DNA of 64,000 bases. It comes from Cyclobacteriaceae bacterium (GTDB lineage: Bacteria; Bacteroidota; Bacteroidia; Cytophagales; Cyclobacteriaceae). Positions 30,376 to 39,875 of this stretch are shown piece after piece (position 1 is the first letter of the stretch; each line of letters starts with the position of its first letter). The translations under genes and the position numbers were made by a program. Below the pieces are notes generated by a model. That model worked only from the letters and a program-made list of their open reading frames with translations, was not told where the DNA came from and searched no databases. The stretch covers positions 240,422 through 304,421 of the forward strand of contig CBDETI010000027.1 of NCBI GenBank assembly GCA_965242775.1. The letters are read 5' to 3'.

Positions 30376-31137
30376 ATGACAATGGAAGCATATGTAAAAA
30401 GGAACGACCTGGAAAACGGTATTTCAGAGGTTGAATTTTATCATCCTAGTCACAATTCTTTACCCAGTGATATCTTGTCGCAACTGGCGGCAATGATCAC
30501 TTCCTGCGGTGAAGATGACACAGTTTCCGTTATTGTTCTTCGGAGTGGAGGAGATCGAACATTTTGTGCGGGTGCCAGTTTTGACGAATTGATCACCATC
30601 AATGATCTTGCCACGGGCAAAAAGTTTTTCTCGGGTTTTGCCAATGTGATCAACGCCTGTCGCAAATGTCCCAAATTGATAATTGGTAGAGTGCAAGGTA
30701 AAGCCGTTGGAGGAGGGGTAGGCCTGGCCTCAGCGGTGGACTATTGCTTTGCTACCAAATTTGCTGCCATTAAACTCAGCGAACTCAATGTCGGCATCGG
30801 TCCTTTTGTGGTTGGGCCAGCCGTGGAACGGAAGATAGGAGTTTCAGCAGCCAGTCAGATTGCGATCAATGCTAACCAATTCTACGAGGCCAGTTGGGCA
30901 TACGCTAAGGGGTTATATGCCGAAGTATATCCGTCTGCGGACGAGATGGATAGCGCCATTTTGGAGCTGGCCAAGTACCTGGCATCAACCAATCCTGATG
31001 CCAGAACTGAAATAAAGCGCGCATTTTGGAGCGGTACGGACCATTGGGACCAGCTACTGATGGAGCGAGCTGCAATGAGCGGAAAGCTGGTACTGTCTGA
31101 GTTCACTAAAAAAGCCCTGGCGCGTTTTGCTAAATAG
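30376..31137 (+). CDS. enoyl-CoA hydratase/isomerase family protein (possible PaaF-type 2,3-dehydroadipyl-CoA hydratase)
   Basis: Crotonase fold with RSGGDRTFCAGASFDE and GKAVGGGVGLA. Start at ATG 30376 (the track ORF begins upstream). Confidence 0.75.
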   Translation: MTMEAYVKRNDLENGISEVEFYHPSHNSLPSDILSQLAAMITSCGEDDTVSVIVLRSGGDRTFCAGASFDELITINDLATGKKFFSGFANVINACRKCPKLIIGRVQGKAVGGGVGLASAVDYCFATKFAAIKLSELNVGIGPFVVGPAVERKIGVSAASQIAINANQFYEASWAYAKGLYAEVYPSADEMDSAILELAKYLASTNPDARTEIKRAFWSGTDHWDQLLMERAAMSGKLVLSEFTKKALARFAK

Positions 31138-31160
31138 GAACTTATGAAATTTAGTACGCT

Positions 31161-31757
31161 ATGATCTATTCTTTCAAAGGCTTTGTGCCCGTGGTTGATC
31201 CTTCGGCTTTTGTTCACCCGCAAGCGGCTGTGACTGGCGATGTAAGGATTGGAAAGGACGTTTACATAGGACCCGGTGCAGCTATTAGAGGAGACTGGGG
31301 TACGGTCATCATTGAGAATGGCTGCAATGTACAGGAAAACTGCACTGTTCACATGTTTCCAGGAAAGACCGTCATTTTGCGCGAAGCAGCTCACATCGGT
31401 CACGGTGCGGTGGTCCATGGAGCGGAGATCGGTCACAATGTGCTGGTCGGGATGAATGCCGTCATTATGGACAATGTGTTCGTGGGAAAGGAATCCATCA
31501 TTGGTGCGTTGGCGTTCATCAAGGCTGAGGAGCAAATTCCGCCCAGGAGCCTGGTGGTTGGGAATCCTGCTAAGGTTGTAAAGCAAGTTTCGGATGAAAT
31601 GATAGCCTGGAAATCCATGGGAACCAGGATTTATCAGGGATTACCCGCTGATTGCTACGATTCATTGAGGGAAGTAGAACCGCTAACCGAGCTTACACCA
31701 GAACGGGACCAGCAGCGAATTGAGGTGGATTACAGGCCTTTCAAGGAGCGGAAATAG
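31161..31757 (+). CDS. paaY: hexapeptide-repeat (gamma-carbonic-anhydrase-like) thioesterase PaaY
   Basis: 198 aa. Aligns along its length with my recollection of E. coli PaaY (FVHP.A...GDV..GK.VY.GP.A..RGD.G..., VGMNAV.MD). Confidence 0.85.
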   Translation: MIYSFKGFVPVVDPSAFVHPQAAVTGDVRIGKDVYIGPGAAIRGDWGTVIIENGCNVQENCTVHMFPGKTVILREAAHIGHGAVVHGAEIGHNVLVGMNAVIMDNVFVGKESIIGALAFIKAEEQIPPRSLVVGNPAKVVKQVSDEMIAWKSMGTRIYQGLPADCYDSLREVEPLTELTPERDQQRIEVDYRPFKERK

Positions 31758-31789
31758 GGGGTTTAGCCTTCGCTCTTTCAGAAGCTTCC

Positions 31790-32362
31790 TCAAAAGTGGT
31801 ATCCGAAGTACTCAATATCTTTATGACACTTTTCGCTGATCAACTGGCGACTTTTGTCGGTGAAGTATTCTCTATAGTTCTTTTTTTGACTTTCGTTGAG
31901 AACAGGCATCCTGCCCATATATAAGTCGAACTTACTGGAGAATTCCTTTATTGAATCCGCGAGATTTTCGTAGCGATATATAGTATCTGAGATCAAATTC
32001 CCCTCGTCATTTGTGAAGTAATCCAGAGAATTGTAGAAAAACGATTGTTGCGGATCAATGGCGGCATCAGATGCGATGAATTCTTCCAGACGCAATCGTT
32101 CTTCCTCCACGCCTAGTGGATCGGCATGGTGTATGAGGGAATACCAAGACAAAATACGTTGCCAGGGATTACGTGTAAAACCGAAGACGAAATAGTCAGC
32201 TAACTCACCTTGGATATCGAGGGAGGTGCTTTTGGCATTGGAGTGCTGAACATAAATTTCAAAATGATTGACCAAACTTTGCCTTAGCGTGTTAGAAAAA
32301 GCAATGCCAGCGGTTCTGTGAACATGAATGAAAATGAACTTCAATTTGTGCGATACAATCAT
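31790..32362 (-). CDS. sulfotransferase family 2-like protein
   Basis: FIFIHVHRTAG (compare FIHIPKTGGTS), FTRNPWQRILSWY, and a C-terminal N.S....YREYF....L....C..DIEYFGY pattern. Confidence 0.55.
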   Translation of the reverse strand: MIVSHKLKFIFIHVHRTAGIAFSNTLRQSLVNHFEIYVQHSNAKSTSLDIQGELADYFVFGFTRNPWQRILSWYSLIHHADPLGVEEERLRLEEFIASDAAIDPQQSFFYNSLDYFTNDEGNLISDTIYRYENLADSIKEFSSKFDLYMGRMPVLNESQKKNYREYFTDKSRQLISEKCHKDIEYFGYHF

Positions 32363-32607
32363 TGATGAAATTGCTGAATGAGTGCCCAATATAGAACACG
32401 GTAAGCCATAGAAAAAGCACACGAAAGAGTTTTATATGATTTTATTATTGATCGTTAAAAATGGCTATCAGACGTTTCAAGAAGGATAGTAAACGGTAAA
32501 GCCGGGGGTAGATATTAGCATCAAAATTGCATTGCTTGTGAAGTTTATCTTTTTATCCGTGTTGAAGCAATATCTGGACCTGTCTATGCGGGTATATCCC
32601 TCTTTCT

Positions 32608-33786
32608 TTGTTACCTTTTGGGATGTCTCAGATAATTGATTTTGTCATTGTCGCCGGAGTAATTCAGGGGGTATTTCTGGTCTTGATGTTGAGGACCATG
32701 AAATCTGCCCGTGCTGAAGCAAATCGTCGACTCAGTTGGCTCCTTGCAGCATTGACGGTCATGCTGCTGGGGCGGTATTTATATTTTACGATTCAGGCCG
32801 ACTGGATTCACCAGTGGTCGCTGCTTCCTGATGTTATTATTTTCATGTTTGGGCCACTATTGGTTGCCTATTTAAATGCTATTCTTGGCAACTCGGTCAG
32901 ACTGTCACTACTTCACTTCGCTCCCGCCTTAGGACATCTCTTGGTCTTTGTTTATTTATTGAGATACCCAACATCGGTTTTTCTGGAACAATTAATGGCA
33001 GGTAGGTTTGCTAATCTGTACTTCCTCCTGGAGTTGGCTGCAATAGGCCTCAATGGGACCTATCTAGTGACTTTTTGGTTCAAGTTGAAAGGAATGATGG
33101 CCCATGGGGAGCTACATGCAGACCGCAACCTGCTAAAATTCAGTAAGCTCATCGTCACCTGCTGTAGCGTTATTGTACTGGCATGGTTGCTGAGCTTTGG
33201 TGAACGAAATTTCCTTGCTTCCAATCTCGTATTCTGGAACTACGATACTGTATGGATTCTTATCCCCTTCCTGTTTTATGGAATCACATTTTATTCTATC
33301 AGGTACCCGCAAATATTTCATCAGGTCGTTGATAAAACGAGACTGAAAGAAGGCAGCAAAAATCCAAGAAGGATGGATTCAAAGGCCGTGAAGGTCATGG
33401 CATCTTCCTTAATGGAAGCCGAGTCCAACCTGGGCTTTCACTTAAACCATAAGTTGACGCTTCAGGATCTATCCAAGTTGCTTTCTGTCAATCCCAACGA
33501 CCTGTCCTGGTACTTAAACAATGAGCTTGGTAAGACTTTCTATGAATACATCAATGAGCTCCGTGTAGGCGAATTCTTGAAAAAAGTAGAAAACAAGGAC
33601 CATCACAATCAAACCCTTTTGGCCCTGGCTTATGCCTCAGGCTTTAATTCCAAGTCCACCTTCAACAAAGCTTTTAGGATCATCAAAGGGGATACTCCAT
33701 CTTCCTTTGTAAGAAATTGCCAACCTAAAGCGGAGGATCCAAAAAGGTACGAATACACACAGACGGTCGAAGTTCCGGCATCCTAA
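32608..33786 (+). CDS. membrane-anchored AraC-family transcriptional regulator
   Basis: About 230-aa multi-TM N-terminus followed by a C-terminal AraC HTH (LALAYASGFNSKSTFNKAFR). Confidence 0.8.
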   Translation: MLPFGMSQIIDFVIVAGVIQGVFLVLMLRTMKSARAEANRRLSWLLAALTVMLLGRYLYFTIQADWIHQWSLLPDVIIFMFGPLLVAYLNAILGNSVRLSLLHFAPALGHLLVFVYLLRYPTSVFLEQLMAGRFANLYFLLELAAIGLNGTYLVTFWFKLKGMMAHGELHADRNLLKFSKLIVTCCSVIVLAWLLSFGERNFLASNLVFWNYDTVWILIPFLFYGITFYSIRYPQIFHQVVDKTRLKEGSKNPRRMDSKAVKVMASSLMEAESNLGFHLNHKLTLQDLSKLLSVNPNDLSWYLNNELGKTFYEYINELRVGEFLKKVENKDHHNQTLLALAYASGFNSKSTFNKAFRIIKGDTPSSFVRNCQPKAEDPKRYEYTQTVEVPAS

Positions 33787-33813
33787 AAGGTTATTTGCTG
33801 GAAAACTTCACTT

Positions 33814-34296
33814 ATGCAAAGGCCGATTATCCCCGTCAGAATTCACTTGTTCTTGCTGTGCATGCTCATTGTAAGCCTTGGATGTGGCAGCGACGATACC
33901 GTAGACAATACCCCTGATCCTGAAGTGGAAGAGGACACAGGGCTCGTTGGTGATTATAAGGGCACCTGGAACTCAACCACGGCATCTGCCAGCTTCACCA
34001 ATATTGGCATATCAGCCAGGCTGGAAGAGGTAAGCGAAGGAGAGTTTAGAGGTCCTTTTTTCATAAGTCGCAACTTCACCTCTTGTTGCAACAGTGGTGA
34101 TAATGACGGCATTATTTCTTTGACCGTCGAGGAAGACAGTGTAACCAGTTTTCGCTGGGACGATATAATACCCGGTTGTACCGGGACGTTTGTTGGCTCC
34201 GGCCTTCTAGTCAATGAGGAAAGGTTTGTCATCGAGATTACAGGACGTGATTGCGACGGTGATCACGAAGGGTCCATAGTTCTCACTAAACAGTAA
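33814..34296 (+). CDS. hypothetical lipoprotein
   Basis: Lipobox LIVSLGCGS. No known domain recognised. Confidence 0.5.
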   Translation: MQRPIIPVRIHLFLLCMLIVSLGCGSDDTVDNTPDPEVEEDTGLVGDYKGTWNSTTASASFTNIGISARLEEVSEGEFRGPFFISRNFTSCCNSGDNDGIISLTVEEDSVTSFRWDDIIPGCTGTFVGSGLLVNEERFVIEITGRDCDGDHEGSIVLTKQ

Positions 34297-34303
34297 TTTG
34301 TAC

Positions 34304-34780
34304 TTAACCCGCGTTAACAATTTTCGTCACATTACTCTTCTTGCGCTTTACTGCCAAAGACAGGTACGATTCTATTCTTGCGATATTAGGGATATCGAAT
34401 AATTTCTGAGTGACAAATTCCTGATATTTCTCAATGTCTTTGACCAGTATTTTTATGATAAAATCACAACTACCCGTAACGTAGTGACATTCCTGAACTT
34501 CAGGCAGGTCTAAGATGCGATCTTCAAACTCGGCAATCAACTTTTTAGAATGGTCCTTAAATGAGATATGAGCAAAGGCATGCAGCTTGTGGCCAAGTTT
34601 GTCATAGTTGATTACAGCACTGTAATGGTCAATGACCCCTGCTTTTTCCAGCTTTTTGATGCGCTCGAAGGTGGGAGTAGTAGATAAGTTCAATTGTCCC
34701 GAAATTTCCTTGACAGTCATTCGGGCGTTACCCTGTAATAGGTCAAGAATTTTTAAATCTGTTTCGTCCGTCTTTTTCAT
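34304..34780 (-). CDS. Lrp/AsnC-family transcriptional regulator
   Basis: DLKILDLLQGNARMTVKEISGQLNLSTTPTFERIKKLE HTH plus a RAM/ACT-like C-domain. Confidence 0.9.
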   Translation of the reverse strand: MKKTDETDLKILDLLQGNARMTVKEISGQLNLSTTPTFERIKKLEKAGVIDHYSAVINYDKLGHKLHAFAHISFKDHSKKLIAEFEDRILDLPEVQECHYVTGSCDFIIKILVKDIEKYQEFVTQKLFDIPNIARIESYLSLAVKRKKSNVTKIVNAG

Positions 34781-34938
34781 GGTTTCAGGCAAAAATTTGC
34801 CAAGCTTCAAATAAAAAGTTCACTTCCTAGTTTCTGGTGTCTCGCAGCCTTCTGCAGTCGGTAGAGGGGCAATGCTAGTTGATTTTATCTCATCATTTTA
34901 ATTACTTTATGATTTATTCAGGAAAGAACAGCTAATTT

Positions 34939-35517
34939 TTGGCAGTCGGCAGAAACATAATTCTACAAAACATTAAAAATGGAGATGAATCTTCTTTCAA
35001 GTCCGTTTTTGAAGAATTCTATGGTCCTTTAGTGACCTTTGCTAACTCATACGTGCTAGATCGCGCGGAGGCGGATGATATTGTACAATCGGTGTTTATC
35101 AAATTCTGGGAGCGATCGCCCATGCTCGAAATAGATACTTCTATCGACGCATATCTTTTCACCTGTGTTAAGAACACGTGTCTCAATAAATTAAAAAGTC
35201 TTAAAATCAGGGACAGAAATAACTTGCTGCTGATCGAGGGGTTAATGTCTTATTACGCAGAAAATGAAAGAGTCGACCTGAACCTGGAAAAGGAGCTGGC
35301 CGAAGCCATTCAGCAGTTGCCGGAAAAAATGCAGGAGATCATACGGCTGCGGTACGCAGGGAGCAAGAAAATTGCTGAGATATCCAACATTCTTAGCATT
35401 AGCGAGAATACTGTGAAAACCCAGCTTTCAAGGGGCAAGGAAAAGCTGCGAAAGCATTTTCGAATTTCAGGGCAAACCCTTTCACTGTTGCTATTGATTT
35501 TCGCAGAACGCATTTAA
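34939..35517 (+). CDS. ECF (sigma-70 family) RNA polymerase sigma factor
   Basis: Region 2 (DIVQSVFIKFWE) and region 4 (RLRYAGSKKIAEISNILSISENTVKTQLSRG). TTG start. Confidence 0.85.
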   Translation: MAVGRNIILQNIKNGDESSFKSVFEEFYGPLVTFANSYVLDRAEADDIVQSVFIKFWERSPMLEIDTSIDAYLFTCVKNTCLNKLKSLKIRDRNNLLLIEGLMSYYAENERVDLNLEKELAEAIQQLPEKMQEIIRLRYAGSKKIAEISNILSISENTVKTQLSRGKEKLRKHFRISGQTLSLLLLIFAERI

Positions 35518-35584
35518 CTTTTTTAAAAAAGCATAAAAAGTTTGTCACCCGTTCTTGAGGTTCCACTGTCTTTATGAATGAGAC

Positions 35585-36715
35585 ATGGAAGAAGAGAACG
35601 AGATAGACATTGAGCTGATATGGCGAAAAATCTATTCCTCGCTTACAGACGAGGAGGAGGAGGAATTCGCCAAGTGGCTGGCTGCTGAAGATTCACACAG
35701 AGAATATTTTGAGAAAGCCAAGATATTATACGGTCGCAGGACCAGTCATCCAGTTGTTGAAGAAGAGGAACATTGGGAGGCAATGCAGCGCAAAATCAAA
35801 CGGCCTCAGCTCAGAAGGACAAAAACCAAGTGGCTTTATTTCACCGCCGCTTGCCTGGTGTTAGCAGCAGGTATTTTCATTACAATCAATACCCAGGATC
35901 AGAGCGATGCGCCGATTACAGATAAAATTGTACCAGGTTCTGAAAAAGCAACGCTGGTCACTGCTGATGGCCGATCGATTAGCCTGGAGGATCAATCCCT
36001 TAAGCTGATCGATGACAGTGTAGCCATCGCCTCTGATGGTAAGTCACTGGTATATGGCCCCTCTTCGGACAATCGATCTTATGAGGAAAATACGCTGATC
36101 GTGCCAAGAGGTGGCAAATTTCAAGTTACGTTGGCGGATGGAACCATAGTTCACCTAAACTCGGAAACGCAGCTAGTTTACCCGGTTGGGTTTAATTCAG
36201 AGCGGACAGTCCGCCTCGCTGGAGAAGCATACTTCGTAGTGGCAAAAGATCCTTCCAAACCATTCCGTGTAATTACAGCAGGCCCAACAGTCACAGCCTT
36301 AGGTACAGAATTCAATATTTCCTCACATGCGGACAAAGCCAATATTGTAACTACGCTCGTGGAAGGGAGCGTGCGCGTGGCGGCTTCCGAATCTTCCATG
36401 GTATTAATGCCTGGTGAGCAGGCTATCTACACCCGTAACTCAAAGCAAATGACAATAAGGCAAGTGGAGGCGGACCTCTATACTGGCTGGGTGGAGGATG
36501 TTTTCATTTTCGAGGACGAAAACCTGGAGGAGTTAATGTCCACGCTTTCCAGGTGGTACGATGTGGATGTCTTCTTCGTAAGTGCAACCGCAAGGCAATT
36601 GAAGTTTACCGGGGAGATTGAAAGGTACGAGCAGATAGAAACTATTTTGAAACTAATTGAAAAAACACATGTAGTGAAGTTCGACATCAAGGGCAGGACA
36701 GTGATTATCAACTAG
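35585..36715 (+). CDS. FecR-family anti-sigma factor / transmembrane sensor
   Basis: Single TM segment, a FecR domain (ATLVTADGRSI...L.DGT.V.LN..T.L) and a C-terminal DUF4974-like region. Confidence 0.85.
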   Translation: MEEENEIDIELIWRKIYSSLTDEEEEEFAKWLAAEDSHREYFEKAKILYGRRTSHPVVEEEEHWEAMQRKIKRPQLRRTKTKWLYFTAACLVLAAGIFITINTQDQSDAPITDKIVPGSEKATLVTADGRSISLEDQSLKLIDDSVAIASDGKSLVYGPSSDNRSYEENTLIVPRGGKFQVTLADGTIVHLNSETQLVYPVGFNSERTVRLAGEAYFVVAKDPSKPFRVITAGPTVTALGTEFNISSHADKANIVTTLVEGSVRVAASESSMVLMPGEQAIYTRNSKQMTIRQVEADLYTGWVEDVFIFEDENLEELMSTLSRWYDVDVFFVSATARQLKFTGEIERYEQIETILKLIEKTHVVKFDIKGRTVIIN

Positions 36716-36844
36716 GCACCAAAAAAAGGGGGTGCTGCAACACCCCCCATGCTTATAAACAATTGTTCAACTTAAAAGAAGTAACAAATGCTATTTACAA
36801 TTACAAAGTTACCTTCTCCTGGGAGGTTTAGAACCATTTTGGTT

Positions 36845-39757
36845 ATGAAATTGACTCTGGTACTCCTTACGGCGGTGTTGTTCCAGGTTTCTGCTAATTC
36901 AGTGTATTCGCAGAATACCAAACTCAATATTGCGGTAGAGAAGCAGAGTTTTCGTAAGATCCTAAGGGAAATCCGCAAGCAAAGTGAATTCAACTTTGTG
37001 TATCAGAGTGGGATCTTCGATGGGGTTCCGGAGCAAAGTGTCAACATCTCCGAGGCTACCGTCGAACAGATCCTGGATGAACTGATGGTGCCCCATGGGC
37101 TTGAATATGAGATTCATGACCGCACTATTATCATTCGGAAGGCTAAAAAAAACGAGAATAACGTTGAAATTAACGGTCAGGTAAAGGATAAGTCCGGCGA
37201 ACCCATTGTTGGGGCTTCTATTCTGATCAAAGGAACCTCCACCGGTACTGTCACCGACATCAATGGCAATTTCTCTCTCAATGTGGAGGTAGGCCAGATC
37301 TTAGTGATTTCTTTCGTAGGGTTTGGCCAGCAAGAGATTACCGTATCTGGTGATCCGATCAATGTAGTCCTGGAAGAAGATGTGGCAGGCCTGGAATCGG
37401 TAGTCGTAGTGGGGTCGAGGGGTAGACCGAGGACAGTGATCGAATCGCCGGTGCCCATCGATAACATTGACGCCAATAGTCTTCGGCAAAGTGGCCAGGT
37501 CAACCTGGAGCAGATCATCAATTATCGAATCCCATCCTTCAATTCATCGAATCAGACCGTTTCTGATGCCACAGCTCATTTCGACCCCTCGGAGCTAAGA
37601 AATCTCGGTCCCTCCAGGACATTGGTCTTGGTGAATGGAAAAAGGAAAACACAAAGTGCGCTGGTCTATGTCAATGATACCCCGGGCAAGGGGGAAGTGG
37701 GGGTGGATCTAAAAAGTATCCCGACAGCAGCCATCGATCGAATTGAGGTATTAAGAGATGGTGCCGCGGCACAATACGGTTCCGACGCCATTGCCGGTGT
37801 GATCAATGTGGTGTTGAAAGAGTCAGTAAGTGGCGAGGCTTCCCTCAACAGTGGTGTGACAACTGAAGGTGACGGTTTTACCTATGATGCCTCCATAAAC
37901 AAAGGTTTTAGGATCGGTGAGAACGGGTTTTTAAATGTAACTGGTAATTTCTATCATCAGGACTACACCAATCGTGCCGGAGAGCCTGGCGAAGATGTCC
38001 TGTTCGGCCAAGATGGTAGCAATGCCTGGATACAGGCCAACCCGGACCTGGGGATGATCATTGGCCAGCCAGAATATGACAAAGCTTCAATCTATGCCAA
38101 TTTTGCCACCCTATATGGTGGAGATAAAGGTGAATTTTACGTCCGCGGTGGATATACTTTCAGAGATGGCAAAAGCTTCGCCTTGTATCGGGCTCCCTAT
38201 TGGATCACTGATGACGCTGGACTGCTTACTCCCAGTGGCCAAACCTACTCCGGCTTCCATCCAACCTTTGAAACAGCCATTAATGATTACACATTTACGA
38301 TGGGTTCGAAGAATGTATTTGGCGACTGGAATACCGATATCAGCTTCACCACGGGAGGCAATAATGTAGGCTATACTATTGGCAATACAATCAACGTATC
38401 CTTGTTGCCCACCAGTCCTACGGAGTTTGATGCTGGCTCATATTTGTTTGATTCCAACATTGGAAACATCGACGTATCAAGATCATATGGCGATGTTGGA
38501 ATATACTTTGGTACGGAGATCAGGACAGAGCGATTCAAAGTTACCGCCGGTCAGCAAGAATCATATGAAGGAGGCGGAGCACAATCGTTTCCAGGCTTGC
38601 AACCAGGCAATGCGTTAGATGAGAATCGTAGCAATGTAGGGATCTACGGAGGGTTGGACTGGGATATTTCCGAGGACTTCTTGCTTGGAGGAGCCGTTCG
38701 ATACGAGAACTACTCAGATTTTGGAGGCAATTTTTCCTGGAAGTTGAATGCAAGACAACTTTTCGCTGATGGCGACGGAGCGATCAGAGGGTCCATCAGC
38801 ACTGGATTTCGGGCGCCATCACTCCATCAGATCTACCTGAGCAATGTTCAGACACTGGTGTCCGGAGGTACGGTCTCAAACCAGGGAACTTTCAATAATG
38901 TCAGCCCCGTAATTAGAGGTCTGGGGATACCTGAATTGGATGCGGAGACTTCCTTCAATATTTCCGCAGGGATCACCTATCGCCTGCTGAGCAACCTCTC
39001 CATTACCGCCGACTACTACAATGTCACAGTGGATGACCGGGTACTTTTTACCGGCGAGATTGGGTTCGACGGAGATACTTCAACGGTTAATTCTGTTGAA
39101 AGAATCCTCATTGACAATGACGTGACCAGCATCAAGTTCTTTGTTAATGCCCTAGATACCAGAACACAGGGAGCGGATATCATTTTAGACTACACAGGAA
39201 TCTCCTTGGGTGGATCCAGCATTTTGGGGATCACCTCTAGCACCAATTTCAACAAAACAAAGATCCGAGGGTCTATTGAGGCACCCGGAGTTATTGGTGA
39301 GGAGGGTTATGATATTTTTAATCGTAAAGAACAATCGCGTGTAACAACAGCAAGGCCAAACTTCAAAACCTTACTTGGGCTTAATCTGGATATTGGCAAA
39401 TTCAGTGCGTCCTTGAACAATACCTATTTCGGAGAAGTAACCTGGAAGCACTTTAACAACGGTCTGAATGGGGCTCCCCTGGGGCCGGGTGGGTCACTGC
39501 TGCCAACAGATGATGCAGACTTTGATCAGACTTTTTCAGGTAAGGTGATCACGGATTTGATCCTGAATTATGAAATAATGGAACAGCTCAATGTAAATCT
39601 TACAATCAACAACTTGTTTGATGTTTATCCCGACAAAATAGAGACCCGGGGAGACTTTGTTACCGACTTGGGCGGGCGATTTGTGTACCCCTGGGAGGTC
39701 AATCAATTTGGATTTACAGGAACTTTCATCCGCGGAGGTGCCAACTTCAGATTTTAG
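36845..39757 (+). CDS. TonB-dependent receptor/transducer with N-terminal STN signalling and carboxypeptidase-regulatory-like domains
   Basis: Signal peptide, STN domain (FRKILREIRKQSEFNFVY...), INGQVKDKSGEPIVGASILIKGT, plug, beta-barrel and terminal Phe. No SusD gene follows. Confidence 0.85.
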   Translation: MKLTLVLLTAVLFQVSANSVYSQNTKLNIAVEKQSFRKILREIRKQSEFNFVYQSGIFDGVPEQSVNISEATVEQILDELMVPHGLEYEIHDRTIIIRKAKKNENNVEINGQVKDKSGEPIVGASILIKGTSTGTVTDINGNFSLNVEVGQILVISFVGFGQQEITVSGDPINVVLEEDVAGLESVVVVGSRGRPRTVIESPVPIDNIDANSLRQSGQVNLEQIINYRIPSFNSSNQTVSDATAHFDPSELRNLGPSRTLVLVNGKRKTQSALVYVNDTPGKGEVGVDLKSIPTAAIDRIEVLRDGAAAQYGSDAIAGVINVVLKESVSGEASLNSGVTTEGDGFTYDASINKGFRIGENGFLNVTGNFYHQDYTNRAGEPGEDVLFGQDGSNAWIQANPDLGMIIGQPEYDKASIYANFATLYGGDKGEFYVRGGYTFRDGKSFALYRAPYWITDDAGLLTPSGQTYSGFHPTFETAINDYTFTMGSKNVFGDWNTDISFTTGGNNVGYTIGNTINVSLLPTSPTEFDAGSYLFDSNIGNIDVSRSYGDVGIYFGTEIRTERFKVTAGQQESYEGGGAQSFPGLQPGNALDENRSNVGIYGGLDWDISEDFLLGGAVRYENYSDFGGNFSWKLNARQLFADGDGAIRGSISTGFRAPSLHQIYLSNVQTLVSGGTVSNQGTFNNVSPVIRGLGIPELDAETSFNISAGITYRLLSNLSITADYYNVTVDDRVLFTGEIGFDGDTSTVNSVERILIDNDVTSIKFFVNALDTRTQGADIILDYTGISLGGSSILGITSSTNFNKTKIRGSIEAPGVIGEEGYDIFNRKEQSRVTTARPNFKTLLGLNLDIGKFSASLNNTYFGEVTWKHFNNGLNGAPLGPGGSLLPTDDADFDQTFSGKVITDLILNYEIMEQLNVNLTINNLFDVYPDKIETRGDFVTDLGGRFVYPWEVNQFGFTGTFIRGGANFRF

Positions 39758-39789
39758 TCAGGAACCAGTTATTTTTTCTTTTGCTCGTG

Positions 39790-39816
39790 GCCGGCCCCTT
39801 TGGGGCTGGCTTTTTT
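39790..39816 (+). terminator. rho-independent terminator after the TonB-dependent receptor
   Basis: GCCGGCCCC / GGGGCTGGC stem, TTT loop, T6 tail. Confidence 0.75.
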
Positions 39817-39875
39817 CATTCTATGGTGGACCCTTTTTCTGATTAGAATATTTTTCTTCTTTCACCTATTTTCAG

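Noticed and set aside
30882-31586. 234-aa minus-strand ORF
   Set aside because: It is antisense to the end of the crotonase gene and most of paaY, both of which have strong homology-type evidence. Repetitive hexapeptide codons keep the opposite frame open.
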